From: a virus
Reading direction: 5' to 3' (one strand)
Virus record (IMG/VR): IMGVR_UViG_3300012948_000003
Location: 40,445-104,444 of that record
Length of the DNA stretch: 64,000 nt
Under the pieces are notes generated by a model. The model was not told where the DNA came from. It saw only the letters and a program-made list of their open reading frames with translations, and made no database searches. The position numbers were made by a program, and so were the translations under genes. Positions within the stretch are counted from its first letter, which is position 1; each line of letters starts with the position of its first letter. This document shows, piece by piece, positions 59,238-64,000 of the stretch.

Positions 59238-59584
59238 AGGTCCACGCTCGAAAGCGTAGCGGCGAACAAGGCAATGCGAGCCCTTCAAGCCGACCACATC
59301 TTGCCTCAGCCGGGCGATACATCCTGACAGAAACGCTAGGTCGGCGATAAGCCGAAGACAGCTAGGTGGATTCAAACGGTCGCGGGACGATTGGGCGCTG
59401 CGTGGTGCGCTAGCAGGTTGCCGATAGGGCATCCTGCCTCAGAAGCCTACCTACGATAACGAGATCAACGAATCCCCAGCTCGGATACTCCAAAGAACCG
59501 AAGAGACAAGCGCAGTGGCGCTGCGCAACATAAATCAAAGTCTGACATCTCAGAGTTCAAACCGTGAGTCCGACCGAAGCAAAT

Positions 59585-59623
59585 GCCCGAACTGGTTCTG
59601 CGGGTTCGATTCCCGCATCGGGC
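59585..59623 (+). ncRNA. tRNA-like minihelix (acceptor-like stem plus T-arm)
   Basis: GCCCGA...GCGGG-TTCGATT-CCCGC-A-TCGGGC. Confidence 0.55.
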
Positions 59624-59661
59624 TTAGACGAAAATTTTCTTTTAAAAGAAAGGAGACTTCA

Positions 59662-59856
59662 ATGAATAACACGTTGACCCCAGCCTACGGACGAGATTAC
59701 AAAAGCAAGGCGGCAGTCGAAGCTGACTTTCGCGCCAACAAGGACTTCATCGTAGCTATTAGTGGTAAGCCGATTAACATCGAGCAGCTATCGAAGGGCG
59801 AGCGAGTATCGATCCGCTACGATAGACTGCGCAAAGTTGTGATCCTTACTGTCTAG
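59662..59856 (+). CDS. Early hypothetical protein (PAYGRDY family)
   Basis: LTPAYGRDYKSKAAV..DF...KDF; RBS AAGGAG. Confidence 0.7.
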   Translation: MNNTLTPAYGRDYKSKAAVEADFRANKDFIVAISGKPINIEQLSKGERVSIRYDRLRKVVILTV

Positions 59857-59864
59857 GAGGACGT

Positions 59865-60065
59865 ATGACATTCACAGTAGCGGACGCAGTTGCCGTGTTG
59901 AAGCACCAACAGAATGTGCTCAAAGGCAAAAAGTATCTCGTCGCAAAGACGAAGCACGAGATTACAGTTAACGTCGCTCTTGATCGACAGATCAAAGCAT
60001 TCGACTTCGCGATAGAGTGTGTTGAAGCAACAGGCTTCCTCTATATCGAGAAGTTCAACCAGTAA
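59865..60065 (+). CDS. Early hypothetical protein
   Basis: RBS AGGAGG. Confidence 0.6.
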   Translation: MTFTVADAVAVLKHQQNVLKGKKYLVAKTKHEITVNVALDRQIKAFDFAIECVEATGFLYIEKFNQ

Positions 60066-60089
60066 CGTTTAATACAAAGGAGACCTCAA

Positions 60090-60629
60090 ATGTACGCAGT
60101 ATACACAAAGCTGAAAGACGGTTCGTGGGGAATATGGTCCGACTTCGATATGCAGCCGGGCGATACAGTCACAGTAACGAAGCGCAATCAAGAGACGAAG
60201 CAAGAGATCGTCGGCGAGATCGTTCTCGTAGAGCGTGGTATGCAGCAACGCGTTTCCGTAGTCGCAAAGATCGCTCCTCGCGCTAAAGCAGTAGTCGCAG
60301 TTGAAGACGAAGGCGTCTACGTGATTGGTGACGGAATGGAAAACGTCATCAAGGTTAAGAAGTCGAAAGCTGGTAACCTGTATGCTCTCCGTCTCAAAGA
60401 GACTGGCGGAACGCGGATCACTGAGGTTGGCGAAGTGGTCAACTTCGAGTGGGAGTATGCACCGGGTCTTATCAAGGACATCAAGCCGGAACAAAAGATG
60501 TCCTTCGAGCAAGCGAAGGCGTTCGGCGTTCGCTTCGGGAAGTGCGTGAGATGTAATCGACATCTCAAAGCTGCTGAGTCGGTCGAGAAGGCGATTGGCC
60601 CGGTATGCGCGAAGTGGTTCGGAGTATAA
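60090..60629 (+). CDS. DUF6011-like Zn-finger protein
   Basis: GKCVRCNRHL...ES...IGPVCAK. Confidence 0.75.
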   Translation: MYAVYTKLKDGSWGIWSDFDMQPGDTVTVTKRNQETKQEIVGEIVLVERGMQQRVSVVAKIAPRAKAVVAVEDEGVYVIGDGMENVIKVKKSKAGNLYALRLKETGGTRITEVGEVVNFEWEYAPGLIKDIKPEQKMSFEQAKAFGVRFGKCVRCNRHLKAAESVEKAIGPVCAKWFGV

Positions 60630-60632
60630 CGA

Positions 60633-60672
60633 CTCACGTTGGACCTCGGGCGGGTTCGATTCCCGCCGTGAG
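60633..60672 (+). ncRNA. tRNA-like minihelix 2
   Basis: CTCACG...GCGGG-TTCGATT-CCCGC-CGTGAG. Confidence 0.55.
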
Positions 60673-60705
60673 CATACGGAATTTAAATTACAAAGGAGAC
60701 CTCGA

Positions 60706-61041
60706 ATGAAGTTCAGTGAATTCAATGACAATGAACTCGGTGATTGGGCTGGGAACTGTACTCGATGTGGCGGACAGTTTCCGACGCGGACCTCTGGTCT
60801 TAAACCGGGCGTTCCAGTCTGTACTAGCGCGAGAGATTGTGACGCTAATCTCGCGGTCGCTCCGTTTCCTATCGTCGCCGATTACATCTTTATGATGCAA
60901 CATGCCGAACGCTATGAAGCAAACGGAGTACGTAACGCCGCTGCGCTCTGGCGCAATGCTGCGCAACACGTTGCCGAGTCAATCAACGAAGAGGGTTGGC
61001 TCAACTACGAACAGGTCACTGGCAAAAGGAGACCTCAATGA
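60706..61041 (+). CDS. Early hypothetical protein (Cys motifs)
   Basis: Start motif AAGGAGACCTCGAATG. Confidence 0.6.
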   Translation: MKFSEFNDNELGDWAGNCTRCGGQFPTRTSGLKPGVPVCTSARDCDANLAVAPFPIVADYIFMMQHAERYEANGVRNAAALWRNAAQHVAESINEEGWLNYEQVTGKRRPQ

Positions 61042-61253
61042 ATGTATACAGCGTGAAGGCGTACGGACAGTTATACCTGCTCGCTACGCAAGGATTCAGA
61101 ACTTCAATGGAAGTTGCCCGAACACTTGAAGAGCGGGGCATCGTTGCGGACGTAACGAAGTCTGATGTTCCGTTCGGTACTGTCGGGATGCACTTCTATG
61201 GTTTCGGCGGATTGGTTCAACAGATCAATTCAGGGAGGGACATCGCATTATGA
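61038..61253 (+). CDS. Early hypothetical protein
   Basis: Start motif AAGGAGACCTCAATG. Confidence 0.6.
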   Translation: MNVYSVKAYGQLYLLATQGFRTSMEVARTLEERGIVADVTKSDVPFGTVGMHFYGFGGLVQQINSGRDIAL

Positions 61254-61501
61254 TGATAGATTGTACCGAGTGTCATCGACGCATTGATATTCACGACGCT
61301 GAGAATTGCCCGGTGTGTAAGGCTCACGATCTCTGCGCTGTGTGTATTGGAGATCACGAAGAGAAGCACGGCGTAGAGATCAACGGTGAGACCGCAGTAG
61401 TGATTCGCGGTTGCGGTGATGCGCACGACGGGTATTGCCCGGATGATAGAGACGACGAACCCGACTGGGATCGTAAGCTCGATGAACGGGAGGACAAGTA
61501 G
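61250..61501 (+). CDS. Cys-rich acidic small protein
   Basis: Three CxxC-type motifs. Confidence 0.55.
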   Translation: MMIDCTECHRRIDIHDAENCPVCKAHDLCAVCIGDHEEKHGVEINGETAVVIRGCGDAHDGYCPDDRDDEPDWDRKLDEREDK

Positions 61502-61652
61502 TACGCTTCTAGTTGGCTGAGCGTATCAGCCGACTTCCAGCTCGGACTGAGATAAGCGCAGTCCAACAAGTTTCAAGTGTCCGGGTTCGTATGGATACAA
61601 TATCCTTTAGGGGAGAAGAAGGCGGATAGCCCTCGCCCGGACAACATCTTTT

Positions 61653-61849
61653 GGGGGTGTTGCCTAACGTCAGCAGATGGCAAGGCAGGCGACTTGACGG
61701 TCGCTGTCTGAAAGCGCAGAGCTGTTACGGCTCGTCTTCATCAAGCGAGCACGAACTAAGTTGGATGCGAGTAAGACGCGCAAGTGATGAAGGCTGATGA
61801 CTGGAGTTAACTACGCGATGCGGGTTCGAATCCTGCCACCCCCACGCCA
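61653..61849 (+). ncRNA. Atypical tRNA-like RNA (Ser/Sec-like frame, 114-nt variable region)
   Basis: GGGGGTG/CACCCCC acceptor, GCCT/AGGC D-stem, GGCGA/TCGCT anticodon stem, GCGGG-TTCGAAT-CCTGC T-arm, 3' GCCA. Confidence 0.6.
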
Positions 61850-61866
61850 ATTCAAAAGGAGACCTT

Positions 61867-62085
61867 ATGGCTGAGAAAGAAATCTTCGTGCTTTATATGT
61901 GGGAGCACGACGCATACATTAAGAAGAGCCGCAACGAGTATGGATATGTCGTTGTGCCTCGGAACAGAGCTACTGAATGGAAGACGCGCAAAGCAGCGCA
62001 GCGCTTCAAGGATCAACATTGGGCTCGACTCGGACACTATGCAGATGTCCACAGCGAAGCTCCAGTCACTAACGTTCGTAACTAA
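61867..62085 (+). CDS. Early hypothetical protein
   Basis: Start motif AAGGAGACCTTATG. Confidence 0.6.
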   Translation: MAEKEIFVLYMWEHDAYIKKSRNEYGYVVVPRNRATEWKTRKAAQRFKDQHWARLGHYADVHSEAPVTNVRN

Positions 62086-62095
62086 GGAGACCTCA

Positions 62096-63259
62096 ATGAG
62101 ACCACGTGATTTGCAGAAACTTCTTGCCGTCGCATTCGCGAAGCGCTTATCAGTATTGATTACTGGCGCTCCCGGTGTTGGCAAGACAGACATTGTCCTG
62201 CTGGCTGCTCTTGCCGCAGGATGCAACGTTATTATCAGTCACCCGGTTGTAGCCGATCCTACAGACGCGAAAGGCTTACCGTGGCCCGAAGCTGGAGTTG
62301 AATTCCAGCACGTCATCATTCGCGTTCGAGAGCTGATCGCAGCAGGCTATGATGACGACCAGATCAAACGCGATGTCGAGATCGCGAAAGCACAGATTCG
62401 TAAAGCGACCTTCCTACCCTTCGGCGAATTAGCAGAAGCTATCGAAGCCGACACACCTACAATCTGGTTCATTGATGATTTAGGTCAGGCGCTTCCCGCA
62501 GTACAGGCTTCCTTCATGCAGCTTATCCTTGCTCGACGAGTGAACGGACACAAGCTGCCCGACTGCGTTACATTCTGCGCAGCAACGAACCTTCGTCAAC
62601 ACCGAGCTGGTGTCTCTGGTGTTCTCGAACCTGTGAAGTCTCGGTTTCATACGATTGTATCGCTTGAGCCGAATCACGAAGACTCAATCAACTGGTACAC
62701 TGACAACGGGTATCCGCCAGAGCTGATCGCGTTCCTGCACTGGAAGAAGGACCTTTTGTGGGACTTCCAGCCGACTGCGGATATCATCAACTCGCCGTCG
62801 CCTCGGACGTGGGCGAATGCATCGAAGTGGATCGGTCTCGGTCTTCCGGCTGATATCGAGATGGCTGCGATACAGGGAGCAGTTGGTGAAGGTCCGGGAG
62901 CGGAGTTCGCAGGCTTCTTGAGAGTCTGGAGAGAGCTTCCGTCTCTCGATGGAATCCTTACTGATCCGGATTCGCAAGTCTGGCCCGGTGTTCGGAATCC
63001 TTCTGCGCGATACGCAACTGTTGGCGGTCTCGGTCTTCGAGCGAACCCACAGAACTTTGCTCGCATCGTGAAGTACATCGAGAACAAGATACTGCCCAGC
63101 GACGAAGGTGAAGTATTCGCTGTGCTGCTTGCTCGCGATGCAGTGCGCCGGAATGGTAACATCGCGCATACGCCAGCATTTCATAAGCTAATGGTTGGTC
63201 CTATTGGACACCTGATCATTGGTTCGGACGTTAACCCCACAACAGGAGGTCAAGTATAA
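62096..63259 (+). CDS. AAA+ ATPase (MoxR/AAA_5-like)
   Basis: GAPGVGKT, IWFIDDLGQA, AATN, SRF, SPRTW; true start MRPRDL. Confidence 0.9.
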   Translation: MRPRDLQKLLAVAFAKRLSVLITGAPGVGKTDIVLLAALAAGCNVIISHPVVADPTDAKGLPWPEAGVEFQHVIIRVRELIAAGYDDDQIKRDVEIAKAQIRKATFLPFGELAEAIEADTPTIWFIDDLGQALPAVQASFMQLILARRVNGHKLPDCVTFCAATNLRQHRAGVSGVLEPVKSRFHTIVSLEPNHEDSINWYTDNGYPPELIAFLHWKKDLLWDFQPTADIINSPSPRTWANASKWIGLGLPADIEMAAIQGAVGEGPGAEFAGFLRVWRELPSLDGILTDPDSQVWPGVRNPSARYATVGGLGLRANPQNFARIVKYIENKILPSDEGEVFAVLLARDAVRRNGNIAHTPAFHKLMVGPIGHLIIGSDVNPTTGGQV

Positions 63260-64000
63260 TGTTACATACATCTGACGGAAGGGGCTCGCTCACTGAGCGA
63301 GCCATGCTCGTGGCGCTCGAAATCAATCTGTGGGGTAACCGCAGACTGGACAAGAAAGTTTCTCGCGAAGTCGCCGCCCAGTACGGCATGGGCGAAGAGA
63401 TCGGACGGTATAACAAGTGGCTCCTGATCGAAGACAAGAAAGGCACAGTTGCAAAGGAGTACAAGGCTATCGTTACCGAAGCGAACGCCTCACGACAGGC
63501 TCACTATGAACAGACGTTACCGTGGTCTACCGACGGTGACCGCATCCTGACCGCAGCGAACTTCATGCATTGGGGAGCGACAATGCGCGAACAGCAGTTG
63601 AAGTTTGAAGGCGCGTTCGAACGCTTCTACGAAATCTATCCTGAACTCGTAGCAAGGTCCGAGCGATTGATGAGCAACATGGGCGGAGCGACACTCTTCA
63701 ATCCAAAGAACTATCCTCGACAAGAGGACCTACGACGCAAGTTCGGATTCACCACAAAGGTTCGTCCGCTTCCTGCTGCGAAGGACTTCCGGGTAGACTT
63801 GAGCGATGCGCTCGTAGACAACATTCGTCAGCAGATCGAGTACGACCTACAAGAGACCGTTGTTAGCGCAACAGAGTCTCTTATGGAAAGGCTCTACAAC
63901 GTTGCAAAGCGAGTTGCTCACCTCGGTGATCCCGACAGCGTCATACGTAAAGCTCTGGCCGAAGATGTTCGTTCGGTCTGTGCGGTCGCAGAGCGTTTGA
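63259..64000 (+). CDS. DUF3150-like protein (partial)
   Basis: TAATG coupling; AMLVALEINLWGNRRLDKKVS...YNKWLL...HYEQTLPW...RIL; open to the window end. Confidence 0.7.
   Translation, partial: MLHTSDGRGSLTERAMLVALEINLWGNRRLDKKVSREVAAQYGMGEEIGRYNKWLLIEDKKGTVAKEYKAIVTEANASRQAHYEQTLPWSTDGDRILTAANFMHWGATMREQQLKFEGAFERFYEIYPELVARSERLMSNMGGATLFNPKNYPRQEDLRRKFGFTTKVRPLPAAKDFRVDLSDALVDNIRQQIEYDLQETVVSATESLMERLYNVAKRVAHLGDPDSVIRKALAEDVRSVCAVAERL

Larger units (their letters stand above)
826..59651. repeat. Dispersed palindrome (TT)TTCTTTTAAAAGAA(AA), 16 copies
   Basis: Copies start at about 826, 6788, 12582, 16607, 24779, 28602, 32843, 36342, 41548, 45861, 50570, 52559, 54962, 57410, 59112 and 59635. 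Confidence 0.9.

Noticed and set aside
826-59651. The 9+9 palindrome as the target of the array guides
   Set aside because: The geometry fits an 18-bp bipartite target, but no spacer in either array reads TTTTCTTT or AAAAGAAA.
61653-61849. tmRNA (ssrA)
   Set aside because: Only ~197 nt, G3-C rather than G3-U, has D and anticodon arms, and no evident tag reading frame.
1-64000. Integrase, att site or host flank
   Set aside because: None recognisable; lifestyle and host cannot be determined from this window.

Overview
This window is a 64-kb segment of a tailed dsDNA phage or prophage; the host is not determinable from the sequence. The layout is podovirus-like: I see no tape-measure or sheath gene, but there are ejection-type proteins. 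Bases ~1-58.9 kb are an almost continuous minus-strand unit. In transcription order it holds a NusG-family gene, accessory genes, small terminase, a lysis cassette, HNH, a DNA adenine methyltransferase, large terminase, a collagen-like fibre, small basic proteins, portal, a Gly-rich fibre, scaffold, major capsid protein, a glycosyltransferase/FkbM cluster, tail and adaptor genes, a GYT-collagen fibre, a multidomain glycosyltransferase and ejection proteins. From ~59.2 kb a divergent plus-strand early region carries structured RNA leaders, tRNA-like elements, an AAA ATPase and a DUF3150-like gene. The most striking non-coding signals are: (1) two arrays with an 18-bp period and 36-bp unit (42170-43243, ~30 units; 58109-58318, ~6 units) that match the dual-repeat/dual-spacer design of TIGR guide-RNA arrays, with no recognisable Tas (Nop-domain) gene in the window, and that lie behind a stand-alone HNH gene and a NusG paralogue; (2) 16 copies of the AT-rich palindrome core TTCTTTTAAAAGAA spread over 59 kb; (3) a tRNA-like RNA with a 114-nt variable region plus two acceptor/T-arm minihelices; and (4) a small gene fusing a Tat-like signal to a copy of the capsid N-terminus. 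All family assignments come from motif recognition by eye, not database searches.
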